A stretch of DNA of 64,000 bases, taken from assembly GCA_964625855.1 (NCBI GenBank), contig CAZVFC010000046.1, forward strand, positions 854-64,853, read 5' to 3'. This DNA is from an uncultured Verrucomicrobiota bacterium (lineage in GTDB: Bacteria; Verrucomicrobiota; Verrucomicrobiia; Limisphaerales; UBA8199). Each line of letters starts with the position of its first letter. Position 1 is the first letter of the stretch. The notes under the pieces were generated by a model, which saw only the letters and a program-made list of their open reading frames with translations, was not told where the DNA came from and did no database searches. The translations under genes and the position numbers were made by a program. Of the stretch, positions 38,881 to 48,093 are shown one piece after another.

Positions 38881-40506
38881 TTAGCGCTTCGGGGCGGGCG
38901 CCGCACCCAGCAGTTGTTGCTTCTTGCGGTCCGGCAGAGGCGATTGGTTTATCCAGTTGCGCGCGGCATCCGGGTCGGCCTTGAGCCAGGTCCGCGCGAT
39001 GGTCTCCAGCCGGCTGTTGCGGATGTCCGTGTTCGAGACCATTTCGGCCCATTGCACCGCCGTCTCGGGCGCGGTTCTTGCCACCGCGGTGGCGTAGCCT
39101 CCGATTGCCACGTCGCGCGACGGTCCTTCCGGGAGCGATTGGAGCCACGGCGCCGCTTCGGCCGGCGCATACGCCGCCCACTGCTGCGCCACTTGCTGCA
39201 AGACTTTCTCCCGCAACTTCCCTTCCGGGAAGCTCGCCGCCCACGACGCGGCCTGCTCCGGATCATAACTCGCCCACTGCGACATCACCGCGGCTGCCGC
39301 GCCGTCCTGGGCTCCGCCGGCCGGAAGACTGGAAACGAATTGCGCCGCCTCCTGGGGCGAATTGAGCGCCCAGCTCCCGGCGATGCTGGTCAGCACGCGG
39401 TCGCGCGTCGCGTCCTGCGGCAGCGTATTGGCCCATCCCATCGCCGCGGTCGGGTCGGCCGAACCCCAACGGCTGGCTACGCGGTTGAGCAGGTCCGAGC
39501 GGAATGCCTCGGGGAAACTTTCCAGGTAGGCCATCGCGCCCCGCGCATCCGTCTGCATCCAGCGAAAGCTCAACTGGCTCAGCGCCGTCTCGCGGTCTCG
39601 CCCCTCCGGCAACTGCTGCATCCAGGCGATCGCCGCATTCGCGTCCTTCTCCACCCAGCGTGACGCCACGGTGCTCAGCAACTCGCTGCGCACCGCCCCC
39701 GCCGGCAACGAACTCGCCAGTTCGGCCGCCGCCTGCGGACTTGTGTTCGCCATCTGGTAAGCGATCCGGCGGATCGCCTCGCGTTGCGCGCCCCCGGCAG
39801 GCAGGCTCTTCGCCCAGGCCGCGGCGTCGTCCAGATCGGTCCGCCCCCATTGGTTGGCCACCAGCCCGATGGCGTCGTTCTTCAGGCGGCCCGAGGGCAT
39901 GTTCTGGATGAATTCCGCCGCGGCCTGCGGATCGGTCTTCACCCACGAGTTAACCATGGATTGTAGAATGCCCCGCTGCACGGTGGGGTCGGTAAGTTGC
40001 TGCGCCCAGGCGAATGCCGCTGCCGGGTCCTTCTTCACCCACTCGGCCGCCACGGTCTGCATGGATTGGTCGCGCAGATTGCTGTCCGGCATCTGCATCG
40101 CCCCCTTCAGGGCGGCCGTCGGATCCACGCTGGCCCATTTCCCAAAAGCCGTCTGGTAGGCGTTGAATTTCGCTGACCCTGCAGGCATCCGGCCGATGAC
40201 CGAAAACGCCTGGCCAAAATCATCGCGCCCCAGCGCTTCCGTAACCTCCTGCAACGCCATGGCGGTCGCCGATAGCTTGGGAGCGGCCTTCGGAGTTGTC
40301 GCGCCGGCTTTGGGCGCGTCTCCGGCTTCTTGCTTCGCCACCGCGGAATTGGTGCCGCTCACGGCTGAATTCGAGGCGGACGGGGCATCGCTCTCGGCCG
40401 ATGATTCCGCCGTGCCCGGCAGAATGAACTTGCGGTCCAGATAGATGCCCGCCACCAGCCCCAACGCGGCAAAGAAAGTGCAACTGACGAGGGTCTTGGC
40501 TCTCAT
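38881..40506 (-). CDS. Secreted or anchored tandem-repeat protein with at least 12 copies of a 37-38-aa helical repeat. The start is at MRAKTLVSC.
   Basis: The repeat consensus is W(A/M)xxLPxGxxRxxxxxxxxxxWxxxDPxAAxx, seen in the translation. The N-terminus has a hydrophobic signal/anchor. The upstream ORF-track extension lacks signal features. Confidence 0.6.
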   Translation of the reverse strand: MRAKTLVSCTFFAALGLVAGIYLDRKFILPGTAESSAESDAPSASNSAVSGTNSAVAKQEAGDAPKAGATTPKAAPKLSATAMALQEVTEALGRDDFGQAFSVIGRMPAGSAKFNAYQTAFGKWASVDPTAALKGAMQMPDSNLRDQSMQTVAAEWVKKDPAAAFAWAQQLTDPTVQRGILQSMVNSWVKTDPQAAAEFIQNMPSGRLKNDAIGLVANQWGRTDLDDAAAWAKSLPAGGAQREAIRRIAYQMANTSPQAAAELASSLPAGAVRSELLSTVASRWVEKDANAAIAWMQQLPEGRDRETALSQLSFRWMQTDARGAMAYLESFPEAFRSDLLNRVASRWGSADPTAAMGWANTLPQDATRDRVLTSIAGSWALNSPQEAAQFVSSLPAGGAQDGAAAAVMSQWASYDPEQAASWAASFPEGKLREKVLQQVAQQWAAYAPAEAAPWLQSLPEGPSRDVAIGGYATAVARTAPETAVQWAEMVSNTDIRNSRLETIARTWLKADPDAARNWINQSPLPDRKKQQLLGAAPAPKR

Positions 40507-40873
40507 GCTCAAGGTCTTATTTATATCACCGCGCCGCGAAAGCAAGCACGCTGTTCTCAACGGCGACGCGCGCACTGCAACGGCCATGTAACCGGCCAAG
40601 GCGGTATCGTCCCAGCGTATCGCCTTTTGCAGACAGCTTGCGACTTCAAACAGATTGCAGCTCCGCTTGGTGGATATCTTCATTGGTCTTTCTCCAAGCC
40701 TGCGAGCCTGCCCCGCGTGTCGGTAACCCACCATCCATCGTGTCATCATCTTTTTCGTCAGGTTCATTGACACCCCGCGGCCGGTGAACGCTGGCGGGCC
40801 TTAACATGGGGCTTGCAATCCCCCAGCAGAGGCGCAGAGTCGTGGTTGCTGTCTCGACACAAGGAAAGCGTCT

Positions 40874-41878
40874 ATGAAAAGAACGAAACTATTATTCGGG
40901 ATTCTGACAATCACGGCGACCCTTGCCATGCAAGTCCACGCCCAAGACTGGCTCACCAACGGATTGATTGCGTATTACCCGTTCAACGGGAATGCCAACG
41001 ATGCCAGCGGGAATGGGAACAATGGGGTGGTAATGAACGCCGTCCTTACCACAGACCGCTCTGGCGTGAGCGATTGCGCTTACCAATTTAACGGCGTGAA
41101 TGCCCATATCGTGGCACCGAATCAGAGCTACCTGAGCTTCCCCAATGGCGAATTCACTATCAGCCTGTGGGCGAGAGTTGATGGCTCCACTCCGAATCCT
41201 ATGCACTTTTTAGCTCTGGATAACGGCTCAGGCAACCATGTCAAGTGGTTTATCCAGTTCGGGTGGTCACCCAACCAATTGCCAAACCCATCGCCAGGTA
41301 GTTACCTGAATTTTCATATAAATGAAACAGCCCCGTACCACGGCTATTGGCTTGCGACAACTCGGTACAGACCAGCGTTAGGGTCATGGCATCAGTACAT
41401 TTTCACTAAAGCGGGCACCGATTACACGCTCTATATTGATGGAGTTCGTGCATCTGCAACAAATTACATGATTGACGGTACCGCAGGCTATGCTGTTTAC
41501 ACAAATGTTGTTGGTCCTTCCGCAATCCCTTCGGGCATAACAGCCCCATTGACAATTGGTTCGGCTGAAGGTGTTGGTTGGGTGAACGGTAAGTTGGACG
41601 ATATCCGCATTTACGGCCGTGTTTTCTCGCCCACGGAAGTTCAGCAACTTTATGCGATTGAGTACGGCCCACGTCTGGATTTGGTCAAGGCAGTCAAGCC
41701 GTCGTTCTCAGCACTCCTCCTCGGCACCAATTACCAATTGCAGGTTTCCGCCGACATGAACGTCTGGACCAATCAAGGCTCGCCATTCACAGCCACCAAC
41801 CCCACCATGATTTACCCGCAGTATTGGGACGTAGACAATTGGAACAGCCTCTTTTTCCGTTTGCAGGTTGCCCCCTGA
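40874..41878 (+). CDS. Secreted LamG-like (concanavalin-A-like lectin/glucanase superfamily) protein. The gene has visibly lower GC than its neighbours.
   Basis: It has a signal peptide MKRTKLLFGILTITATLAMQVHA. LIAYYPFNGNANDASGNGNNG is typical of LamG_3 proteins. Confidence 0.65.
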   Translation: MKRTKLLFGILTITATLAMQVHAQDWLTNGLIAYYPFNGNANDASGNGNNGVVMNAVLTTDRSGVSDCAYQFNGVNAHIVAPNQSYLSFPNGEFTISLWARVDGSTPNPMHFLALDNGSGNHVKWFIQFGWSPNQLPNPSPGSYLNFHINETAPYHGYWLATTRYRPALGSWHQYIFTKAGTDYTLYIDGVRASATNYMIDGTAGYAVYTNVVGPSAIPSGITAPLTIGSAEGVGWVNGKLDDIRIYGRVFSPTEVQQLYAIEYGPRLDLVKAVKPSFSALLLGTNYQLQVSADMNVWTNQGSPFTATNPTMIYPQYWDVDNWNSLFFRLQVAP

Positions 41879-42400
41879 TCCGGGTAGGTGGCTAAGGCCA
41901 ACGGCCGATCAAGAGGCTCGCCCGCCAGTGCGTGATGAGCGTTTTGCCAGACATGTGCGAATTGCTCGCACGCACGCAACTGGCGGGCAAGTAAGGTCAA
42001 ACTGTGCTCAATAGGGGCGCTGTGAATAGTAACGAGAGCACGCTGGCATCGGCGGATTGCGGCTGGCTTCCGGGAACGACTAGCATCGGGATTCGGGGGC
42101 CATTGCGTGACAGGTCCAGCCGATGCCAAAGCTCAGCCAGCACAGCGTCGAATCTCCTCCTGAAGCTGATAGCCTCGCGCGCAAGGCCAACCGATGGGAA
42201 GAAGCCCTGCTCCGCAGCGAGGCCGGAATCTAGGCAGCCAGACACGAATTCCAGACAGCCTTCAATAAAGGCCCACTTCGATCGGTTGCGAGCCTCGCTC
42301 GGCCACGTATGTTACTCGTATCACGATGGTTGCAGCCGTCGGGCAGGTTTTCGTTCCTGCCCGCAAGGCCGCATCAGGCAACGGTGTGGGCACGGTGATA

Positions 42401-42450
42401 CCCCGGTGTGGTCCCCATGGGGGTCGGCCCCCATGGGGACCACACCGGGG
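42401..42450. repeat. 50-bp perfect GC-rich palindrome with 23-bp arms and a 4-nt centre. It nests the self-complementary CCCCATGGGG.
   Basis: ccccggtgtggtccccatggggg tcgg cccccatggggaccacaccgggg. There is no downstream T-tract. It lies in about 720 bp without credible ORFs. Confidence 0.9.
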
Positions 42451-42598
42451 TACCGCCGTAGCCTCACCGAGAAGACGTGTTCCACCACTGCTGGAATGGC
42501 CCAAGCCAGGCTCAGGCTGCCAAACCGGGAGCGCGCTGAGTCCTGTCCGTGCCATGTTCAGGCCTTGAACCACGGCGGAGCGAGGCCCCCTGCCTCGG

Positions 42599-43987
42599 TT
42601 ATTGGAAAATGGAGCGGCTCATGCCTCTCACGAGGCGGACGTAATTGTAGATGCGGATGACATCGCCCTGCGGGCCGCGACCGTGCGGGAACATCGCAGG
42701 GTCACCAGCCTTGGGGTCGCTGCGCTGCGAGCCGGCGCCGTGGACATCTACAAAGTGATAATCTCCGGCCCCTTTGCCTGGCGGTTCCATCCCCGGCGGC
42801 CTTCCCGCTGGTGGGCTGCCAAAATCGGGTCTCGGGCCGGGACCGAAACCACCACCCCGTCCAGGAGGTCCGCCCGCCATGCCGCGCGGGTTCATCCAGC
42901 CCGCCGCTCGGCCGAAAGCGACATACATCGCGGCGGCACCGCCCTTGAGCCCCGCGTGCGTCGTGGCCGACCAATAGAAGGGATAGTCCGCCTGATGCGC
43001 TTCGTTGGTGATCGTGGCGCAGGTGAAGACCGGGTCAATGGCGGGCGAACGCGACGTGTCCGGAGAGCGCGAGTAGTCCACGATGCTCTGCAGCTCCTTC
43101 ACGCTCGGCAGCCGCCAGTCGTCGTGCCCGAGCAACTTCGCCGCGTTCTGCTTCTGCACCCAGGCCAGGGCGTCCTGCCAGTTCATGCCCCTGCCGCTGT
43201 CGGTCTTGGACCACATCAAACCAGTCGCGCGGTCCGTGATGGTGCCGTCGCGGTTGTCATGGAAATCGTTTTTGCCGAAGCTCGGATTCCCCCGCACACA
43301 GAGCACGAAGAACGTCTTTTCCACGCCCCCGCCCGGCATCTGCAGGTCGTAGCCTTTGATCCGCCCGTCGGCGAAGTTCACGCCGAAGAGCTTCGCGAAC
43401 CCGCGGGGCGATTTGCCAACGTACTGGGTGCTCGACGCAAATTGCGAATCAATCACGCGCTCGCCAGCGCGGGTATCACCGTAGGCGAACTTGAAATACT
43501 GCGTGTTTATGTAGGGCGTGAGGCGCGAAGTGTCCATGTCCATGGGACCGCTAGGGTCGGTGCCACGGCCGTCGAAGAGCGAATACAGTTCCTTGATGGA
43601 CGGCAACCGCCAGTCATCGAAGCCGCCAAACCTCGCGGCGTTCAGTTTTGACGGGAGCCCTTGGGCCTGGGCCAGGGTCAGCTTGTCGCGTCGAGTCAGC
43701 GAGCCGTCTCCATCAGTGTCCGGGCTGCGCTGCCAATCCAGGCCGGTGACATTGTCGCGCACCGCCAAGCCGTCGGCGCTGAGCGTGTAACTGGCGGGGT
43801 GCGCCCGGAACTGGGCATCCTGGCCGTAGAACGGCTGCCCCGGTTTTGGCGGCGCGATTTCGCTCCGGTTGTCGTAACACTTCTTCTGGCCGGTATCTAC
43901 GATGGGATAGGCTTGGGCGGCGCGAAGGGCGTTGACCGACAGGCCCGTTGCCAGCACGGCTGCAAAGAATAAAGCGAGGGAGTTCAT
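42599..43987 (-). CDS. Secreted DUF1566 (Lcl C-terminal domain) protein with two copies of the domain and a Gly/Pro-rich C-terminal segment.
   Basis: It has a signal peptide and two DWRLPS(I/V)KEL motifs, characteristic of DUF1566. Confidence 0.7.
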   Translation of the reverse strand: MNSLALFFAAVLATGLSVNALRAAQAYPIVDTGQKKCYDNRSEIAPPKPGQPFYGQDAQFRAHPASYTLSADGLAVRDNVTGLDWQRSPDTDGDGSLTRRDKLTLAQAQGLPSKLNAARFGGFDDWRLPSIKELYSLFDGRGTDPSGPMDMDTSRLTPYINTQYFKFAYGDTRAGERVIDSQFASSTQYVGKSPRGFAKLFGVNFADGRIKGYDLQMPGGGVEKTFFVLCVRGNPSFGKNDFHDNRDGTITDRATGLMWSKTDSGRGMNWQDALAWVQKQNAAKLLGHDDWRLPSVKELQSIVDYSRSPDTSRSPAIDPVFTCATITNEAHQADYPFYWSATTHAGLKGGAAAMYVAFGRAAGWMNPRGMAGGPPGRGGGFGPGPRPDFGSPPAGRPPGMEPPGKGAGDYHFVDVHGAGSQRSDPKAGDPAMFPHGRGPQGDVIRIYNYVRLVRGMSRSIFQ

Positions 43988-44060
43988 GATGCATGAAAAT
44001 GGTCGGGGCGGCGAGATCTGAACTCACGACCTGCTGAAGCCAACTGCGAAGCCGACCGCA

Positions 44061-44726
44061 TCAGCCTGAGTAAGGAGACACGTCGTCGGAGGTTCGCTGC
44101 AAGTCGGGCAATGCGTTCGGCGGTTGAGCGGCCATGCTGGTCAGGCGGTCTTTCTGTAACTGCGTGAGCTTATACAAGTCGCCATCGCCAAAGTACGCCA
44201 GTGATTTCAAAGTCATCATTGGGTTGTATTCATTCCCGTATAGCGCTCGGGCCGCTGCCATGGCAAGGGAGAGCGGGGTGCCGCTCTCGATAATAGCCAG
44301 GATGTCGAGGTAATCTTTGGCTTCGGCTCGCTGGGTGATTACAGCAGCCTTGGTGCCCGCGAGGTCCAGCAGCGAGGCCACGCACAAGACGTTGTCCTGA
44401 GTGAGATCGGGCTCGCCTACCCGCCCGAGGGAAATGCCGCCGAAGAAGGAGAGCTTGATGGTCCCGCCGCGCTCGAGCGATACGCTTAACGTCTGGCCGG
44501 CATTCTGGATGATCTTGGCACCCCGCAGGACCTGAAGGTTGCGGAGCAACTCACCGGGGATAACGGGTCTGCTGGAGAAGAAATCAAAGTCCACCGACGC
44601 GCGGTGGCCCAGCCGCAAGGCGAGGGCTGTTCCCCCATACAGCACGAAGTGCCGAGGAACCTCCGCCAGCTCGGGCCACAACACCTTTTGAGCCAGAGGC
44701 AGGAGATCAGTGCGGGCTGGCAACAT
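44061..44726 (-). CDS. AbiEii/AbiGii-like nucleotidyltransferase (putative type IV TA toxin).
   Basis: VLYGGTALALRLGHRASVDFDFF fits the NTase GG-x-AL ... R-x-S-x-D-x-D motif of the AbiEii/DUF1814 family. The length is 221 aa. Confidence 0.6.
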   Translation of the reverse strand: MLPARTDLLPLAQKVLWPELAEVPRHFVLYGGTALALRLGHRASVDFDFFSSRPVIPGELLRNLQVLRGAKIIQNAGQTLSVSLERGGTIKLSFFGGISLGRVGEPDLTQDNVLCVASLLDLAGTKAAVITQRAEAKDYLDILAIIESGTPLSLAMAAARALYGNEYNPMMTLKSLAYFGDGDLYKLTQLQKDRLTSMAAQPPNALPDLQRTSDDVSPYSG

Positions 44727-44729
44727 GGA

Positions 44730-45038
44730 TTACAGTTTGCGGCGCGGCAGGGGCGGCACGTCCAGACCGTAGCGCCTATGCCAGTACACCCAGGACTTCA
44801 GGTCGAAAACGCCGGGAGGCGGGTCGCGCAAAACCAGGCGGAACATGGAATCACCCAGAAGTCTCAGGGCAAGCATCGTATCATCCCAGTCCCCGTAGCT
44901 CATCACCTGGGCAACGAACCGGGCGGCGTCATCCAACCATTCCTCAGGTGTGCCCCACCAGAATACCCGCCGCGCAACCGGCACAAGCTCCGCGCGAAGG
45001 TGTTTCGGCACCGCCTGCGGGTGTATTGACGTGCTCAT
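44730..45038 (-). CDS. Small (about 103 aa) putative cognate antitoxin-like partner of the NTase. The start is at MSTSIHPQ; the ORF-track start at 45116 overlaps the tRNA.
   Basis: There is a 4-bp gap to the downstream NTase gene. The motif FWWGTPEEWLDD...YGDWDDTMLALRLL resembles small partner proteins seen next to AbiEii-type NTases. Confidence 0.45.
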   Translation of the reverse strand: MSTSIHPQAVPKHLRAELVPVARRVFWWGTPEEWLDDAARFVAQVMSYGDWDDTMLALRLLGDSMFRLVLRDPPPGVFDLKSWVYWHRRYGLDVPPLPRRKL

Positions 45039-45055
45039 TTGCCTGAATAACAAAA

Positions 45056-45132
45056 TGGTCGGGGCGGTGAGATTTGAACTCACGACCTTCTGAACCCCAT
45101 TCAGACGCGCTACCAAGCTACGCTACGCCCCG
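45056..45132 (-). tRNA. tRNA-Pro (anticodon GGG), with CCA encoded.
   Basis: The minus-strand sequence is CGGGGCGTAGCGTAGCTTGGTAGCGCGTCTGAATGGGGTTCAGAAGGTCGTGAGTTCAAATCTCACCGCCCCGACCA. It forms a cloverleaf with anticodon loop ATGGGGT. Confidence 0.85.
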
Positions 45133-45239
45133 AACCATTCCGCCAGTCGGAATGACCGGCTAAGAGAAATAGTATCCGCTCGAACTCGATATTCAAGCGC
45201 TAAGATGTGCCAGCCTGACTTTCAGCTTCAGCACGACCC

Positions 45240-46658
45240 TTAACCCGCCTTCTTGCGGACTATCGTGTGCGTGGAATGGCCGTAGAACGCTTCGGCGGCC
45301 TCCATGATAGTCTCAGATAATGTGGGGTGCGGATGGACAGCCAGAGCCAGGTCCTTGGCCGTCGCCCCCATCTCCACGGCGAGCACGCCTTCGGAGATCA
45401 ACTCGCCTGCACCGTAGCCGACAATGCCGACACCGAGTATGCGCTCGCTGTCGGGCTCGACGATCAGCTTGGTCAAGCCCTCAGGATGATCGAAGGACAA
45501 CGCCCGCCCGGAGGCCGCCCACGGGAACTTGGCCACGGCCACTTCGATGCCTTTGGCCTTGGCTTCGGATTCGGTCAGGCCGCACCAGGCCAGCTCCGGA
45601 TCAGTGAAGACCACGGCGGGAATGGTAACATCTACGAACGCGCTGTCCTGGCCGGCGATGACTTCCACCGCAATCCGCGCTTCCTTGGAGGCCTTGTGCG
45701 CCAGCAGGACGCCTCCGGCGATATCCCCGATCGCGTAGATGGCGGGGTCGGTCGTCTGCTGCTTCTCATTGACGTGAATGAAGCCTTTCTCGTCAAAGGA
45801 CACCTTGGTGTTCTCCAGGCCAAGGTCGTCGGCGTTGGCCGTTCGGCCAACGGCCACCAGCACACGGTCGTAAAGCTCCTCCTTCTTCTGACCGTCGGCG
45901 TTGAACTCGACTTTGATCTGCTTGCCGCTGGTTGCCATCTTGCCCACCTTGGTCTTGAGGCGCACTTCTTTGAAGGCCTTCTTGGCATACGCCACCACCG
46001 GCCGAGCCAGGTCCGGGTCCGCCCCGGCCAGGATGGTGTCGAGCGCCTCGACCAGCACGACCTTGCTCCCGAAGGTGGCATAAACCGTCCCCAATTCCAT
46101 GCCGATATAGCCCCCGCCAATCACGAGGAGGTTTTCGGGGATGTCCTCCACTTCCAGCGCCTCAGTCGAGGTCATCACCCGCGGGTTGCCGAGATCGAAA
46201 TCCCGCGGCATGGCCGGTTTGGAGCCCACCGCGATGATGGCCTGATCGTAATGCACGAATTGCTGTCCCTGATCCGTCTCGACCCGCAAGGAGCGCGAAT
46301 CCTCAAAGTAACCACGCCCATGCATAACCTGGACGCCGCGCAATTTCGCCAGTTGGCCAACCCCACCCGAGAGCCGGCTGAGGATGGAGTCCTTCCAGTT
46401 CCGCAGCTTCGCCACATCAACGCCTGGTGCGCCGAAGGTAATGCCCCGACGCTCGGACTCGCGCGCGGAGGTAATGCTGTGGGCCGCATGCAGCAGTGCC
46501 TTGGATGGGATGCAGCCGCGGTTCAAACAGACGCCGCCCAGAACCTTCTCGCGCTCGACGAGGACCACCTTCTTGCCCAGGTCTGCCGCGTAAAAGGCCG
46601 CGGCATAACCGCCCGGGCCTGCTCCTACAACGACGATTTCAGTTCGGATAGGTTCCAT
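45240..46658 (-). CDS. lpdA: Dihydrolipoyl dehydrogenase (E3). The start is at MEPIRTEIVVVGAGPGG.
   Basis: It has the FAD motif GAGPGGY and the redox-active GGVCLNRGCIPSK. The C-terminal dimerisation region is present. Confidence 0.9.
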   Translation of the reverse strand: MEPIRTEIVVVGAGPGGYAAAFYAADLGKKVVLVEREKVLGGVCLNRGCIPSKALLHAAHSITSARESERRGITFGAPGVDVAKLRNWKDSILSRLSGGVGQLAKLRGVQVMHGRGYFEDSRSLRVETDQGQQFVHYDQAIIAVGSKPAMPRDFDLGNPRVMTSTEALEVEDIPENLLVIGGGYIGMELGTVYATFGSKVVLVEALDTILAGADPDLARPVVAYAKKAFKEVRLKTKVGKMATSGKQIKVEFNADGQKKEELYDRVLVAVGRTANADDLGLENTKVSFDEKGFIHVNEKQQTTDPAIYAIGDIAGGVLLAHKASKEARIAVEVIAGQDSAFVDVTIPAVVFTDPELAWCGLTESEAKAKGIEVAVAKFPWAASGRALSFDHPEGLTKLIVEPDSERILGVGIVGYGAGELISEGVLAVEMGATAKDLALAVHPHPTLSETIMEAAEAFYGHSTHTIVRKKAG

Positions 46659-46742
46659 ATTTAGAAAGCTGTTTTCGGCCTCTCGCGCGCGGTCAGCATC
46701 CCTGCCATCGCAGAGAAGGCATTGGCGCGAGGGCAATCAGGG

Positions 46743-48044
46743 TCATAGCTTCACCCGCTCCTCCGGGAAGTTCTCAAAAGCCTGCACCAGGTCCACGGTG
46801 AAACGGGCGGCTGCGCCGCCGTCAATCACGCGGTGATCGTAGGAGAGGCCGATTGGCATCAGCAGGCGCGGCACGATCGCATTGTCGCGCACGACCGCTT
46901 GCATGGCCCCGCGGCCCAGGCCCAGGATCGCCACCTCCGGTTTGTTCACGATGGGAGTGAAGTGCGCGCCGCCGATCCCGCCCTGGTTTGAGATGGTGAA
47001 AGTGCCCCCCTTTAGCTCCTCCGCGGTTACTTTGCGTTCACGCGCCCGCTTGGCGAGGTCTTCGAGTTCCCGGGACAACTCCAGCATGCTCTTCTGGTCC
47101 ACGTCGCGGATGACCGGAACGATCAAGCCCGCTTCCGTGTCCACTGCCACACCGATGTGATAGTAGTTCTTGAAGACGACCTGCCCCGCAGCCTCGTCCA
47201 CGCTGGCGTTGAAGATCGGATGCTTCTTAAGCATGTCGGCCACGATGGGCAAGGCAAAGGACGTCAGTGTGAGCCGCGCACCCTTTTGCTCGTAGGCCGC
47301 GGCGTACTTCTTCCGCAACCCCATCAAGGCCGTGATGTCCGCGTCATCGAATTGAGTGACGCGCGGCGTGCTCGTCCAACTGTCCGACATCCGCCGAGCA
47401 ATGACCTGCCGCAAGGGCGAAAGCGGGCTCTTTGAAACCGGGCCCCATTTTGAGAAATCAACCTGCTCCACGGCTGGTCTGGGGGCCGGCGCAGCGGCAA
47501 CGCCCGTGCTCTTCGGAGCGACCGCTAAGCGCTGCAATCGCTGGATATACGCGCGCACGTCCTCCAGCACGATCCGGCCGCCGCGGGCGCTGCCGCGCAC
47601 GCGGGTGAGATCAAGGCCCAGGTCCCGCGCGAGCTTGCGGATCGAGGGGGCGGCAGCAGGGGCCGCGCCCTGCTTGGGTTCCTCGCCTGCCAGGGAGGGT
47701 TCCTCCTCGATCAGGGCGGGCACCTGCTCCGGCGACGGGGTTTGAATGATGCGCTCGCGTCTGCTGGCAGCGGCAGCTTCCGCTCGAACCGCCGCCTGAG
47801 CGGCTCCGGCGCCGCCTTCGCTGAGGGAGAGGATTCGCTGTCCAACACTGATCTTGTCCCCGGCCTTCACGAAGATCTTCGAGACGGTGCCAGCCGCCGT
47901 GGACGGAATGGTAGCCACAGCCTTCTCATTCTCCAGTTCGAGAATAGGCTGGTCTTTGGCGACGGTGTCGCTTTCCTTGACGAACAGGTTCACCACCGTG
48001 CCCGAATCCGCGCCTTCGCCGAGATGAGGGAGTTTCAAATCCAT
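46743..48044 (-). CDS. aceF: Dihydrolipoamide acyltransferase, the E2 component of the pyruvate dehydrogenase complex.
   Basis: The lipoyl domain is LELENEKAVATIPS. There is an E3-binding region. The catalytic domain ends ...SYDHRVIDGAAAARF. Confidence 0.85.
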   Translation of the reverse strand: MDLKLPHLGEGADSGTVVNLFVKESDTVAKDQPILELENEKAVATIPSTAAGTVSKIFVKAGDKISVGQRILSLSEGGAGAAQAAVRAEAAAASRRERIIQTPSPEQVPALIEEEPSLAGEEPKQGAAPAAAPSIRKLARDLGLDLTRVRGSARGGRIVLEDVRAYIQRLQRLAVAPKSTGVAAAPAPRPAVEQVDFSKWGPVSKSPLSPLRQVIARRMSDSWTSTPRVTQFDDADITALMGLRKKYAAAYEQKGARLTLTSFALPIVADMLKKHPIFNASVDEAAGQVVFKNYYHIGVAVDTEAGLIVPVIRDVDQKSMLELSRELEDLAKRARERKVTAEELKGGTFTISNQGGIGGAHFTPIVNKPEVAILGLGRGAMQAVVRDNAIVPRLLMPIGLSYDHRVIDGGAAARFTVDLVQAFENFPEERVKL

Positions 48045-48093
48045 ACGTTAATACATAGCAATTTGCCCAAAGGACTTCCAATTGCCAGAACAA

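Noticed and set aside
41812-42660. ORFs 41812-42129 (-), 41997-42245 (-), 42004-42660 (+) and 42326-42568 (+) around the palindrome.
   Set aside because: They are mutually overlapping with no RBS or homology. One is simply the translation of the palindrome itself (..PRCGPHGGRPPWGPHRG..). The region is treated as non-coding.
40874-45132. Calling the tRNA-adjacent region a definite integrative element.
   Set aside because: No integrase, recombinase or transposase is present, and I could not identify an att direct repeat by eye. It is reported only as a candidate eroded islet.
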